A stretch of 64,000 nt of DNA, from the NCBI GenBank assembly GCA_041687695.1, contig JAWLBL010000001.1:113710-177709 (forward strand), given 5' to 3'. A model generated the notes under the pieces. The model was not told the origin of the DNA. It made no database searches and was given only the letters and a program-made list of their open reading frames with translations. The translations under genes and the position numbers were made by a program. The stretch comes from Myxococcota bacterium (lineage in GTDB: Bacteria; Myxococcota_A; UBA9042; PHBI01; JAWLBL01). This document shows positions 21,501 through 31,171 of this stretch, one piece after another (the stretch's first letter is position 1; the number at the start of each line of letters is the position of its first letter).

Positions 21501-21674
21501 TTGGGGCGCGAGGCCGTGGGCCTCGGTGACGATGGTCACGGTGGGCGCGGTGAGATCGGGGAAGACGTCGACCGGCATGCGCAGCGTCTCGTAGGCGCCC
21601 CAGCCCGTCAGGACGAGCGTGGCGACGATGACGACGACGCGGTGGCGAATCGACCAGGCGATCAGACGATCCAT
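18528..21674 (-). CDS. CusA/CzcA-family heavy-metal RND permease
   Basis: PVDVFPDL, GSLVDDAIIDVEN, RTGRAELDEH, RLSPILMTAL; 1048 aa. Confidence 0.95.
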   Translation of the reverse strand: MDRLIAWSIRHRVVVIVATLVLTGWGAYETLRMPVDVFPDLTAPTVTIVTEAHGLAPQEVESLVTFPVETAVNGATDVRRVRSASGIGLSVVWVEFDWGVDMRVARQVVAERLQLAAGQLPEDIGPPTLAPVSSVMGEILFVALTGDETQPPMAVREAADWTVRRRLLAVPGVAQVIPIGGDAKQFQVQVDPDRLRRHGVTLEQVVAALEASSANSTGGFLIEGAQESLIRAVGRLTSREDVEQVVVALTGGVPVTVGQVATVVIGPGLERGTGSANARPAVVLGITKQPGANTLALTEALDAELASLAKALPKGITLERDLFRQSDFIETAVSNVSHALRDGAILVAVILFVFLLNARATLISLAALPVSLIVAVLTLRAMDASLNTMTLGGLTIAIGSLVDDAIIDVENVVRRLRDNARRAPEQRLPVLEVVYEASREIRSSIVFATFIVMLVFLPLFFLSGVEGRLLFPLGLAYLVAIFASLVVALTLTPALCAWLLPRTAAGRHEDGAVVRGLKAAYRPVLRGALRHGWAVAALVAGLVGLAAWLGPRLGTTFLPEFNEGALTVSVVTVPGTSLDKSDAIGRRVEEILLAFPEVAATDRRTGRAELDEHAQDVNASEIDVRLHPLTRSREAFLADLRAELATVSGAVVTLGQPISHRIDHMLSGTRAAIAIKLFGDDLFVLRALGRQIEAVAQQVPGAVDVSLEQQVDIPQLSVDFDRQAVARFGLRTGALAELIEVAHAGLAATRVYAGDRSWPVVVRLADEARADLDRVRATLVATPAGPTVPLSLLAEVRRDAGPNLVTRENNQRKIVVMANVAERDLGSVVAELRQRIGDQVELPEGYWLDYGGQFESQSEATRTLSVLGAVVVVGILLLLFAAFGSLRNALMVMVNLPLALIGGVAAVAMGDAVLSIGSLVGFVTLFGIATRNGLMMVSHFEHLRTVEGASLAEAVERGSLERLSPILMTALGSALALVPLVLAGHAPGNEIQAPMGVVILGGLVSSTLLNMLVVPVLYARLAARDPRAASPAEDAQPPVAPVTVASGA

Positions 21675-21683
21675 GGGAGGCTC

Positions 21684-23300
21684 CTAATGCGCGTGGCCGT
21701 GGGCGGGGACCGAGCCGGCCGCCGAGGCCAGCTTGACGTCCCAGGCGCCGGTGGTGACGACGTACTCGCCCGGTGCCAGGCCGTCGGTGACCTGGACCCA
21801 GCCCTTGGAGCGCAGGCCCAGGGTGAGGGGCCGGCGGGCGAAGGCCTCGCCGTGGACCTGGACGTAGGCCACGGGGCGACCGGCGTCCTGGACGATGGCC
21901 GCCTCGGGGATGGCGACCGCGCGGACGGGGGCGCCGGTGCCCAGGGTGACCTTGACGAACTGCCCGATACGCAGGCGCCCGTCCGGGTTGTCGAGCTCGA
22001 AGCGGATCGGGACGGTGCGGCTGACCGCGTCCACCACGCTGCCGACGCTGGCGAGGCGCCCGTTCAGCGCGCTGACGGCGTGCAGAGCGGGGTCGCCGTC
22101 GACGCTGAACCAGGCGTCGGACGGGGTGCCGAGGCGCGGCAGGTCCGACTCGAAGACGCGGACCTCGAGGACCACCCGGCCGAGATCCATCAGCGTGAAC
22201 AGGCCGTCGCCGGGCTGCACGTGCCGGCCGCTGAAGGCCTCGGAGGCGACCAGGGTGCCAGCGAAGGGAGCGCGGACCTCGACGCCGGCCGCGGGGCCGC
22301 CCTTCGCGGCGGCCTCCCACTGCTCGAGGCGTGCGCTGGCGCCAGCGAGGCGGGCGCGGGCGACCTTGACGGCGCCGGCGGCCTCGTCGACCGCGCGTCG
22401 AGGCACCAGCCCGTCGGCGTGCAGGCGCGTGGCGCGGGACAGGGCCGGGGTCGCCGCGTCGAGCTCGGCGCGAGCGGTGCGGACCTCGGCTTCGAGGGCG
22501 GGGCGGTCGCTGGGGCCGCCGACCGGGGGGACCACGGTCGCGAGGAGCTGCCCGGCCTCGACCCGGGCGCCCGGCTGGGGGGCCGGGTCGGCCAGGACCA
22601 CGCGCCCGGCGAGCGCGGCCGACAGGCGCGCCTCACGGCCGGGGACGACGCCGATGTCGCCGATGGCGCGCAAGGTGGGCTGCAGGTCCTGCTCGGCGAC
22701 CCGCAGCATGGCGAAGTCGGTCTTCCACTGCTGCTCCTTCAGGTAGCCGATCTCCGAGGGATCTTCGGCCTCTTCGGGGGCGGCCTCGCGGGCGGCGGCG
22801 GCGTCCGCGTGGACCACGCAGCCGGGCAGCTCCATCACGTCGGGGGCGCCGGCGGTGCGGATGGTGACGGTCAGCTTGCAGGCGCCGGCCTTCGTGGGCC
22901 GCAGCACCGGGCGGAAGATGCCGGGGTTGCGCGGGGCGTCGGCCGTGACCTCGACCTCGCTGCCGTCGGACTGGACCAGGGTGACGGTCAGGGCGCCCTC
23001 GGTGGCCGGCCGGAAGCTGGGGACCAGCGTCACGTGGGCGGCGAAGGCGCTGTCGAGGCCGACCGCGAGCGCGTCGTTCTCGCTGAACAGCTCGTGGCGA
23101 TCGGACCAGAGGGTGTAGGCCAGGCCGGGGCGCTCGTCGGGGTCGGGCGCCCCGTGGTCGTCGTGGCCGTGGCCGTGGCCGTGTTCGTCGTGCGCGTGGC
23201 CGCCCGCTTCGTCGTGGGGGTGGTGGTGGCAGGCGGCGGCGAGGGCGACGAGGGCGAAGGGCGTCACGAGGCGCAGCGGGCGACAGGCGGAGAGGCTCAT
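21684..23300 (-). CDS. RND periplasmic adaptor (CzcB/CusB-like) with His-rich N-terminus
   Basis: AAAC lipobox followed by HHHPHD..HGHGHGH; EVRAPFAG, VDAVSRT, C-terminal AHGHAH. Confidence 0.9.
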   Translation of the reverse strand: MSLSACRPLRLVTPFALVALAAACHHHPHDEAGGHAHDEHGHGHGHDDHGAPDPDERPGLAYTLWSDRHELFSENDALAVGLDSAFAAHVTLVPSFRPATEGALTVTLVQSDGSEVEVTADAPRNPGIFRPVLRPTKAGACKLTVTIRTAGAPDVMELPGCVVHADAAAAREAAPEEAEDPSEIGYLKEQQWKTDFAMLRVAEQDLQPTLRAIGDIGVVPGREARLSAALAGRVVLADPAPQPGARVEAGQLLATVVPPVGGPSDRPALEAEVRTARAELDAATPALSRATRLHADGLVPRRAVDEAAGAVKVARARLAGASARLEQWEAAAKGGPAAGVEVRAPFAGTLVASEAFSGRHVQPGDGLFTLMDLGRVVLEVRVFESDLPRLGTPSDAWFSVDGDPALHAVSALNGRLASVGSVVDAVSRTVPIRFELDNPDGRLRIGQFVKVTLGTGAPVRAVAIPEAAIVQDAGRPVAYVQVHGEAFARRPLTLGLRSKGWVQVTDGLAPGEYVVTTGAWDVKLASAAGSVPAHGHAH

Positions 23301-24577
23301 CGGGGGCTCCTGGCGGTGGCGCGGAAGAGGTCGAGGCGGGCTTCGGCGGCGGCGCGGCGAAGCGCGAGGAGGTCGAGGCGGGCCTCGACCAGGGTCCGGT
23401 GGACGTCGAGCAGCTCGGCGATGGGGCGCTCGCCTTCCCGCCAGGCCGCCTCGGCGCGGGCGGCGAGGGCCTCGAGGCGGGGGAGCCGCCCTTCGGCGAA
23501 GGTCCGGGTCAGGGCGGCGCGCTGGATGAGGGTCGCGTGGGCGGCACGCACCTGGCCGGTGATCTGGCGCTCGAGGACCTGCTCCTCGGCCGCGAGGCTG
23601 GCGAGGGCCGCCTGGGCGCGGGCGCGATCGGCCTGGCCGCGATCGAAGAGGGGGACCTCGACGCTGACCCCGGCGGTGTAACCCCAGGCGGTGCCGTCGC
23701 CGAGGTCGCTCGACTTGGCGCCGGCGGAGACGACGAGGTCGGGGATCCAGGCGCGGCGTGCGGCCTCGAGCTCGCGCTCGGCGCGGTTGCGGCGCTCGCG
23801 GAGGGCCCGGCGGTCGGGGCGGGCCTCGAGCGCGGCGGCCACCAGCGCGTCGACGTCCTCGGGGGGGCTGCCTTCGGCGAGCTCGCCGGCGGCCTCGAGG
23901 CCTGGCGCCGGGCGCCCCAGGACCAGGCCGAGCGCGACCCGGTCGGCGGCCAGGTCGGCGGCGGCGCGCGCGATGCGCACGTCGAAGGCGCCGAGCTCGG
24001 CCTCGAGGCGCTCGAGGTCGTAGGCCGAGGCCTCACCGCCCGCGACCAGCCGGCGCGCGCGGTCCACCGTCTCGGCGAAGGCGCCGCGGCCCTGGGTCAG
24101 GGCCTCGAGGCGGTCGCGGGAGGCCGCGGCGGCGAGCCAGGCGGCGGTGGCCTCGGCGCGCAGGGCCAGCCGGGCGGCCTCGGCCTGCTGCTCGGTGGCG
24201 GCGAGCGTGGCGCGCGCGGCGGCACGGCGAAGCCCGCGGCGCCCTGACAACTCGATGGGGAGGCCGGCGCGCAGGAAGTCGTCCGAGTAGCCCTGCCCGT
24301 CGTCGAAGACCTCTTCGCGGTCGTAGGAGACGGTCGGGTTGGGCAGGACGCCGGCGGCCTCGACCTCGGCGCGGGCGGCCTGGATCGTGGCCTCGAGGGC
24401 CGCGAAGCGCGGGTCCTCGGCCGGCTGGCGCTGCAGGAGATCCGCGAGGGTGATCTCGGGGGCCTCGGGTGGGGCGGGCGGCGCGGGAGGCGGCTGGGCG
24501 AGCGCGGCGGCGCTGGGTAGCGCCAGGGTCAGGGCGATGAGCAGGGCCGAGGGACGGGCCCGGGGCGACGGCGACAT
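23297..24577 (-). CDS. TolC/CzcC-family outer membrane factor
   Basis: Signal peptide, LPNP, PIELSGRR, VPLFDRGQ; 4-bp overlap with the adaptor gene. Confidence 0.88.
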   Translation of the reverse strand: MSPSPRARPSALLIALTLALPSAAALAQPPPAPPAPPEAPEITLADLLQRQPAEDPRFAALEATIQAARAEVEAAGVLPNPTVSYDREEVFDDGQGYSDDFLRAGLPIELSGRRGLRRAAARATLAATEQQAEAARLALRAEATAAWLAAAASRDRLEALTQGRGAFAETVDRARRLVAGGEASAYDLERLEAELGAFDVRIARAAADLAADRVALGLVLGRPAPGLEAAGELAEGSPPEDVDALVAAALEARPDRRALRERRNRAERELEAARRAWIPDLVVSAGAKSSDLGDGTAWGYTAGVSVEVPLFDRGQADRARAQAALASLAAEEQVLERQITGQVRAAHATLIQRAALTRTFAEGRLPRLEALAARAEAAWREGERPIAELLDVHRTLVEARLDLLALRRAAAEARLDLFRATARSPR

Positions 24578-24767
24578 GGACGGCTCCGGCGAGGAGGTTG
24601 GCGCTGGGCCGCACGGCGGCGCCGCGCGTGCCCGGGAGGGCGTCCGAGGCCGTGTCGCGCGGCGCTCGTGTGAGTGCATGCACGGACGCCACACGCCGAG
24701 AGGGCGGGGCGGCACGGCTGCGAGCGCGGGGCGGGTCGGGCGGCGGACGCCGGACGCACTTGTCCCG

Positions 24768-25205
24768 TCAGACCGGAGGCGATCCCTTGGGGGCGAGGCG
24801 CAGGACGGCGATGGGCGGCCCGCGCGGGCTCGCGCGAGGCCGGATCGCCGCCTGGTCGGCAGGGATCAGGGGGGGCGGGGCCAGGCCGGCGAGCGTCTGC
24901 GCGGCGGTCAGGGCCGGGATCTTGGCCAGCGGCGCGTAGCCCTCGTGCTGGTGCTGGTCGGGCGCGCCGTGGTCGTGGTCGTGCGCCGCGTGGTCGGCGG
25001 CGTGCGCGGCGGACTCGGACCCGTGGGAGTCGTGTGCCGGCGCGTGGGCGTGGGCCCCCGAGACGCCGACGGGCGCGTGCGGGTGCCCGCCCAGATGGCC
25101 GAGCGCGCCCAGGTACGCGAGCAGGCACACGGCCGCGAGACGTCGCGTCCAGCGGGCCTGGAGGCGGTGCGAGTCGCTGGCTGAGGTTGCTCGGGGACCG
25201 GCCAT
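24768..25205 (-). CDS. Small His-rich exported protein (DUF2946/CzcI-like)
   Basis: Hydrophobic segment, His-rich tract, C-terminal SPRGPP; typical position upstream of czcC; start uncertain. Confidence 0.5.
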   Translation of the reverse strand: MAGPRATSASDSHRLQARWTRRLAAVCLLAYLGALGHLGGHPHAPVGVSGAHAHAPAHDSHGSESAAHAADHAAHDHDHGAPDQHQHEGYAPLAKIPALTAAQTLAGLAPPPLIPADQAAIRPRASPRGPPIAVLRLAPKGSPPV

Positions 25206-25333
25206 TGGGGTCGCACTCTCCCGTCGCGCACCCGCGGTGTCAAGCAAGGGCAGGCTGCGTTCGGCCGCGTCGGCGCCCGGGACCTCGAAGACGCGCGTGT
25301 GGCGGCGTCGCGCAGGGGCCGCTACAAAGGGCC

Positions 25334-26941
25334 ATGCTCGACGGCGCGCCCTCCCCTGCCCCGCTGCTGCCGCCCCGGCTGGGGGCGGCGGTGTTCGCGG
25401 CGCTGTTCGGGCTGTTCCTGCTGACCGGGTCGCGGGGCGAGGTCGGCAGCGACAGCTCGACGCTGATGGCGGTGGCCGAGAACCTGGTGCTGCAGGGGCG
25501 GCCCGAGGTCGACACCCTGGTGCCCGGGTACTCCGTGCGGGGCCCCGACGGGGCGCTGTACGCCAAGTACGGGCTGGGGCAGCCGCTCTTGATGACGCCG
25601 GCCGTGTTCTGGAAGCGGGTGCTGGTGTTCTCGGGCCTTCCCGCGGCCGAGCAGACCCTGCTGTCGACCCTGGGTCTGCTGGCGCTGCCCGCGGCCGCCG
25701 GGGCGCTTTCGGGGTTGCTGCTGCTGCTGATGGCGCGGCTGGCCGGGGCGTCGCTGGCGGCGGCCAGCCTGGCGGTGGTGGCGCTGGCGCTGACGACGCC
25801 GCTGTGGGTCTACGCGCGGATCCTGTGGTCCGAGGCGCTGCAGACGGCGCTGGTGGCCGTGGGGCTGGCCCTGCCGCTGATGCAACGGCACCGGCCAGAG
25901 GCGCGCTGGCCGTTGCTCGCGGGGTTGGCGCTGGGGCTGGCGGTCCTGACCAAGAGCTTCCTGGTCCTGGCGGTGCCCGCGGCCGCCGCGCTGCTGGCCT
26001 TGGGGCGCCGCGAGCACGCGGTCCGCGACCTGGCGCTGCTGGGCGCCGGGCTGGCCCCCTTCGCCGCGCTGGCGGCCTGGTACAACGCGCTGCGCTTCGG
26101 CACGCCGCTGTCGGCCGGCTACGCCGACGGGGTCGACGTGCTGGGCTTCTCGACGCCGCTGCCAGAGGGGCTCTACGGCCTCGTGCTCAGCCCGGGCAAG
26201 GGCCTGCTGCTCTACGCCCCGGCCCTGCTGCTGCTGCCTTGGGGCCTGCGCCCGCTGTGGCGCCGCGCCCGGGGGCCCGTGCTGGTCGTCGCCGCGCTGA
26301 TCGCCGCGTGGACGGGCGCCGTCGCCTGCTGGTGGGCCTGGCACGGTGGCGAGACCTGGGGCCCGCGCCTGATGGTGCCGCTGCTGCCCGTCATGATGGT
26401 GCCGGTCGCCCTCGCCCTCGACCGGGTCCTCGCGCGCGGCCGCCTCGCCCACGCCCTGACCGCCCTGGCCCTGCTCGCCGGCTTCGCCGTGCAGCTCCCC
26501 GGCGTGCTGGTCTCCTTCGCCGACTTCTACCGCACCGTCCCCTACCGCCCGTACGCCGAGGTCATCGGCCTGGACCGCCCGGTCACCGCGGCCGAGCTGG
26601 ACCGCGACAACCTGGCCCACGTCCACTTCGACCTGCCCTACAGCCCCATCGCCGGCCACTGGTGGCTGGCCCTGCAGCTGCCCGCGCCGACCCTGGCGGA
26701 CCCGCCCTGGGCCGGCTCCGACGCCGTCCCCGACCGCCCGCCCCGCCTGCGCCCGGACGCGCTGCGCGCCGACCTGTGGCTGGCCCGCGACCTGCCCGTC
26801 GCCGGCCCGCTGGCCTGGGGCCTGGCCGCGCTGCTCCTGCTGGTCGTGGCCGCCGCGGCCGTCCGCTGGGCGCGCCTCGTCAGGACGCCAGGGTCACCGG
26901 CTCGGAGCCCGACTCCGGCAGGTCCTCGACCCCCGCGTTGA
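25334..26941 (+). CDS. GT-C fold membrane glycosyltransferase (ArnT/PMT-like)
   Basis: Many TM helices; YAKYGLGQ, WSE, YNALRFG, SPGKGLLLYAP, WGPRLMVP. Confidence 0.7.
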   Translation: MLDGAPSPAPLLPPRLGAAVFAALFGLFLLTGSRGEVGSDSSTLMAVAENLVLQGRPEVDTLVPGYSVRGPDGALYAKYGLGQPLLMTPAVFWKRVLVFSGLPAAEQTLLSTLGLLALPAAAGALSGLLLLLMARLAGASLAAASLAVVALALTTPLWVYARILWSEALQTALVAVGLALPLMQRHRPEARWPLLAGLALGLAVLTKSFLVLAVPAAAALLALGRREHAVRDLALLGAGLAPFAALAAWYNALRFGTPLSAGYADGVDVLGFSTPLPEGLYGLVLSPGKGLLLYAPALLLLPWGLRPLWRRARGPVLVVAALIAAWTGAVACWWAWHGGETWGPRLMVPLLPVMMVPVALALDRVLARGRLAHALTALALLAGFAVQLPGVLVSFADFYRTVPYRPYAEVIGLDRPVTAAELDRDNLAHVHFDLPYSPIAGHWWLALQLPAPTLADPPWAGSDAVPDRPPRLRPDALRADLWLARDLPVAGPLAWGLAALLLLVVAAAAVRWARLVRTPGSPARSPTPAGPRPPR

Positions 26942-27662
26942 TGGCCCGCGCCTCGGCGGCCAGCGCGGCGATGCGCTCGTGCACGATGGCCATCAGCGCG
27001 TCCTTGTCGTCGGTGTCGTAGCCCGTGGTCTGGATGGGCTCGCCGAAGACCAGCGTCACGGGGCCGCTGCGCACCCACTTCCAGCCCTTGCGCACGACGT
27101 ACTGCGTCCCGGCGATGCCCACCGGCACGATGGGGATGCCGCCGCGGGTGGCCAGCACGAAGCCGCCCTTCTTGAAGGGCTTCAGCTCGCCCTCGCGGTC
27201 GGCGCGGCTGCCCTCGGGGAAGATGATGACGGGCTTGCCGGCCGCGATGGTGCGCGCCGCCTTGTCGATGCTGGCGAAGGCCTTGCCGCGGTCGTTGCGG
27301 TTGATGGCGATCATCCCGACCGCCCACATCGCCCAGCCGAAGAAGGGGAAGTAGAACAGCGAGTGCTTGGTCAGAAACCGCAGCGGCACGTCCGAGACCG
27401 CCATCAGGGCGGGCGGGTCGAAGTGGCTCTGGTGGTTGGCCATCAAGATGACGCCGGGGCTCCGGTACAGGTGCTCGATGCCGCGCACGTTCAGGCGCGT
27501 CACGCCGCAGCTGCGGACCAGGCACCAGGACCAGCCGCGGGTCAGGTGCCACCACAGGTCGCGCTTTCGGTCCAGCAGACCGACCACCGTGATGACGGTC
27601 ATGACGATCGAGGTGCAGACCACCAGGTAGAACAGGGTCCACACGGTTCGCAGGTACTTCAT
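26880..27662 (-). CDS. plsC: 1-acyl-sn-glycerol-3-phosphate acyltransferase
   Basis: NHQSHFD, FPEGSR, FKKGGF motifs. Confidence 0.9.
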   Translation of the reverse strand: MKYLRTVWTLFYLVVCTSIVMTVITVVGLLDRKRDLWWHLTRGWSWCLVRSCGVTRLNVRGIEHLYRSPGVILMANHQSHFDPPALMAVSDVPLRFLTKHSLFYFPFFGWAMWAVGMIAINRNDRGKAFASIDKAARTIAAGKPVIIFPEGSRADREGELKPFKKGGFVLATRGGIPIVPVGIAGTQYVVRKGWKWVRSGPVTLVFGEPIQTTGYDTDDKDALMAIVHERIAALAAEARAINAGVEDLPESGSEPVTLAS

Positions 27663-27834
27663 CGGGCTCTCTCGGCTGAGTGACCCCGGCATTACCACGC
27701 CGGGGCGGCGCCGTTCAAATGCCCGTTGCGCGGTCGCGATTCCCCGCTGACACCGGCGTAGGCGGCCACGAGGCCGCTGCAGGCAGGTCACGCCCGCGGC
27801 CTCGAGGCCGCGAATGGCAGGTCACCGAGGTCCC

Positions 27835-30800
27835 TCAGGGCAGCTGCAGGCAGTACACCCGGCGCGGCACGGCGCAGGACCCGACCTCGGCGGCGGTCCA
27901 GGCCTCGCCCTCGCCCGCGCAGACGCCCACCAGGGTCCCGCCGCCGGCGGCGCTGTGGGTCCACTCGCCGCAGCTGGCGCCGTAGGTCGACAGCGGCGGC
28001 GGCGCCTTGCCCTTGGGGGTCGTGCCGGTCCAGGCCGTGCACTCGGCCGACGCAGGCTGCGCGAACTCGGTCCAGGTCAGCGGGGCCGCCAGCGCGCCGT
28101 CGACCAGATCCGCGGCGTCGGTCGCGACCAGCCTCGTCCACAGCTGGTGCTCGGGGTCCCAGGTGCGCCAGGGGCCGCCGCCCGAAAAGCGCGAGATCGC
28201 GTCCTGGCCGGGCACCGAGAGCCAGGCCGCGTACGAGCCCGGCAGCCCCGCCGCGAAGGCCAGGCTGGCGCACAGGCTGTCGGCGCCGGCGACGCCGTTG
28301 AGGTCGCCCGCCTTGGCCTCGAGCGAGGTCACGAAGGCCCGCGGGTGGTCCGCCACGCAGCCGGCGAAGCTCTCGCTGCTGCCCTCGGGGCAGTAGCAGG
28401 TCGCCACGCCGCCCTCGGCCTTGCAGCGATCGGGGCCGGGGGGCTGGCATGGATCCAGGCCGTCCTCGGTGTTCTGGGGCAGGCAGGGGTCCAGCACGCA
28501 CACGCCGAAGGCCTTGACCCAGCCGGCCTCGCACCCGCAGACCGCCACGCCGTCCACCGCCGTGCAGCCCTGCTCGTGCGGGTTGGTGCAGGGGTCGGGC
28601 AGGCAGGGGTCGTCGGTGCAGCCGCCCAGCCCGTCGTCGTGCAGCGGCGGCGCGCACAGGCAGCGCGCCTCGCCGGTCGAGGCGTCGCAGATGGGCTTGA
28701 GCGGGTCGATCGTGCACGGGTTCGGGTCGCACAGGGCGTTGTCGAAGCGGAAGCCGAAGAGCTCGCCCGGGCCGATGAGCTGCATGCGCACGCGGAAGCG
28801 CTGGGCGGTGATGGCGTCGAGCGGCGGCAGGTCGACGAAGTCGTCGATGTAGTCGCCCTTGTTCAGGATCTTCTCGCTGAACTGGGTCACGGTGCCGATG
28901 GAGGTCAGGCCCTCGACGCGGACGAAGAGCTTGCCGTCGACGCGCGCGTTCACGTACAGGCGCGAGGCGACCTTGCCGGGCGCCATGCGCATCGGGCGCG
29001 TCACCAGGTTGTTGGTGCCGCCCGCGGCCTCGAGCCCGGCGAACCCGCCCTCGCGCACCGTGGCGCGGAAGACGCCGCCGGCCGCCTTGGCGTCGGTGCA
29101 CGTGCTCATCTCGACGCCGCCCGCGAAGAAGTGCCACAGGCCGCCCTCGGCCGCCGGCGGGCCGCCGGTCAGGCTGTCGATGCTGGTGTCCGGCTGCCCG
29201 TCGTCGAAGGCGTTGGCCAGGATGGCGTCCAGATCGGGGGTCAGCTCGTCGCGAACGAACGCCCAGTGGCGGCCGTCGCGGCTGGAGACCAGGGACACGT
29301 AGGCGGTCTTGGGGCAGACGTTCAGGCGCTTCTGGACGAGGCCGAGCCACACGCTGCCGGCGCGCCAGGCCACCATGTCACCCATGACGCGGCCGGCGCC
29401 CAGCTCGTCCTGGGTGGGGCCCAGGACGCCGGGCATCTGGACGGCGTTGGGCGAGGCGATCCAGCCCGCGGTGGGGTCGGCGCTGCCGAAGGCGACGGCG
29501 CGGGCGTCGCCGAGGGTGGCCGAGGTGACGGCGGCCAGGGCGACGAAGCGCTGGTCGACCGGGTCCCAGACCAGGCGGGTGCGCTCGCCGACGCGGGCGT
29601 AGAGATCGGGCAGCTCGGCCGTGGTCTTCATGTCGAGGACCGGCCCGGAGGCGGCCGGGGTGAAGGCCACGCCGTCGGGCGAGGTGTAGACGTAGACCCC
29701 GGGCGCGCTGACGGCGCCGATGGGCAGGCGGGTGACCGACAGGACGAAGGCGCCGCCCTTCAGGGCGACCTCGGCGGTGACCAGGCCGTCGTCGCGCAGG
29801 ACGCAGTGCGAGGCGGGGACGGCCTCGTCCAGGACGGGCTCGACCCAGGGGCCCTCGGGCGAGGCGGCGGCGGAGACGCACAGCCAGGAGGGCTGGCTGT
29901 CGACCGCGTACAGCTGGCGGTAGCCCATGGTGTAAAGGCGCCACGGGTAGGGCTTGAGCGGGTGCTCGTCGGGCAGGGCCGCGCGCACGTCCTCGGGCAC
30001 GTGGACCAGGCTGCCGGCGGCGCGGGCGCGGCCGATGGCGGCGGCCCCCTCGAGGTCGGGCTCGACGACCCAGCCGCCCTGGCGGGTCAGCGTGTGCACG
30101 CGGCGCGACAGGCCCTCGCGGCTGGCGATGAACCAGTCGTCGACGAAGAGCTGCGGGCGGTCGTCGATGACCAGATCGCCCTTGCCCGGGCCGGGGACGG
30201 CCGCGAGGCTCTGGATGGGGCCCTCGATGCAGCCGCCCTCGTACTCGATGAAGCCGGGGTCGCAGGCGCACTGGGCGGCGCCGGGCAGCTCGGGCACGCA
30301 GGTGGTCTGCGCGTAGCCGTTACAGGGGTTGGGGTCGCAGGGGTCGTCGACGCAGGTCTCGGTCGTCTCGCAGACGTCGGGGCACTCGGGCGGGACCTCG
30401 CAGTCGTCGCAGGGCTCGCAGACGCCGGGCGTGCAGGTCTCGTTGCCCCAGGTGACCTGGCCGGGCGCGCACTGGCACAGGGCGACGGGCCCCTCGGGCA
30501 CGCAGGTCGTGAACGGCGCCTCGCCGCAGGGGTTGGGCAGGCACGGGTCGAAGGTGCAGGCGCCGGTCCCGTCGTCGTGCGCCCCGGGGTCGCAGTAACA
30601 CAGCGGCGACCCGTCGGGGTTGAGCGCGCACGAGGTCTTGAGCGGCTCCTTGCAGGGGTTGGGCGTGCAGGCGCTCGGGGCGACGCAGGTCAGCAGATCG
30701 CCCTGGTAGACCTCGATGAAGCCGTTCAAGCACCCGCCGCAGAAGCCCGAGAAGCACTCCTTGTTGAGCAGCGTGCAGCCCTCGCACGGGTCCGTCGGGT

Positions 30801-31107
30801 CGAGCGCGCAGTCGCCGAACTCGTCGGCCACGTAGCCCGGCAGGCAGTCCCAGCACAGCCCGCCCGAGCACTCCTTGTGCTGCGCGAGGCACGGGTCGGG
30901 GATGCACGGGTCCTGGACCGTCTCGCCGGGCCCCACCTCGGCGCCGCCGTCGGGGGACGAGCCGTCGGGTCCCTTGGCGTCCGGCACGTCGGGGCCGTCG
31001 TCGCCCTCGGCCACCTCGTTCGCCCACAGGTCCACCACCTCGGTGCACCCGCCCGCGGCGATGGCCCCGACCACGACAGCCAGCGCCCACCCTCTCGTCG
31101 CTCCCAC
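27835..31107 (-). CDS. Large Cys-rich surface lipoprotein: EGF-like DPCxPNPC repeats, central propeller-like region, DUF1554-like C-terminus
   Basis: AGGC lipobox; repeated DPC-x-P-N/D-P-C; SRDG..W Asp-box-like motif; AFVTS..GDLNGVAGADSLC...AWLS...YCLQ; GGAGG RBS. Confidence 0.75.
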   Translation of the reverse strand: MGATRGWALAVVVGAIAAGGCTEVVDLWANEVAEGDDGPDVPDAKGPDGSSPDGGAEVGPGETVQDPCIPDPCLAQHKECSGGLCWDCLPGYVADEFGDCALDPTDPCEGCTLLNKECFSGFCGGCLNGFIEVYQGDLLTCVAPSACTPNPCKEPLKTSCALNPDGSPLCYCDPGAHDDGTGACTFDPCLPNPCGEAPFTTCVPEGPVALCQCAPGQVTWGNETCTPGVCEPCDDCEVPPECPDVCETTETCVDDPCDPNPCNGYAQTTCVPELPGAAQCACDPGFIEYEGGCIEGPIQSLAAVPGPGKGDLVIDDRPQLFVDDWFIASREGLSRRVHTLTRQGGWVVEPDLEGAAAIGRARAAGSLVHVPEDVRAALPDEHPLKPYPWRLYTMGYRQLYAVDSQPSWLCVSAAASPEGPWVEPVLDEAVPASHCVLRDDGLVTAEVALKGGAFVLSVTRLPIGAVSAPGVYVYTSPDGVAFTPAASGPVLDMKTTAELPDLYARVGERTRLVWDPVDQRFVALAAVTSATLGDARAVAFGSADPTAGWIASPNAVQMPGVLGPTQDELGAGRVMGDMVAWRAGSVWLGLVQKRLNVCPKTAYVSLVSSRDGRHWAFVRDELTPDLDAILANAFDDGQPDTSIDSLTGGPPAAEGGLWHFFAGGVEMSTCTDAKAAGGVFRATVREGGFAGLEAAGGTNNLVTRPMRMAPGKVASRLYVNARVDGKLFVRVEGLTSIGTVTQFSEKILNKGDYIDDFVDLPPLDAITAQRFRVRMQLIGPGELFGFRFDNALCDPNPCTIDPLKPICDASTGEARCLCAPPLHDDGLGGCTDDPCLPDPCTNPHEQGCTAVDGVAVCGCEAGWVKAFGVCVLDPCLPQNTEDGLDPCQPPGPDRCKAEGGVATCYCPEGSSESFAGCVADHPRAFVTSLEAKAGDLNGVAGADSLCASLAFAAGLPGSYAAWLSVPGQDAISRFSGGGPWRTWDPEHQLWTRLVATDAADLVDGALAAPLTWTEFAQPASAECTAWTGTTPKGKAPPPLSTYGASCGEWTHSAAGGGTLVGVCAGEGEAWTAAEVGSCAVPRRVYCLQLP

Positions 31108-31171
31108 GCGTCCTCCTGGATCGGATCGGGCTCGGACGCCGGAGCATAGCGGCGGGGCGGGAAGCCAGCAA

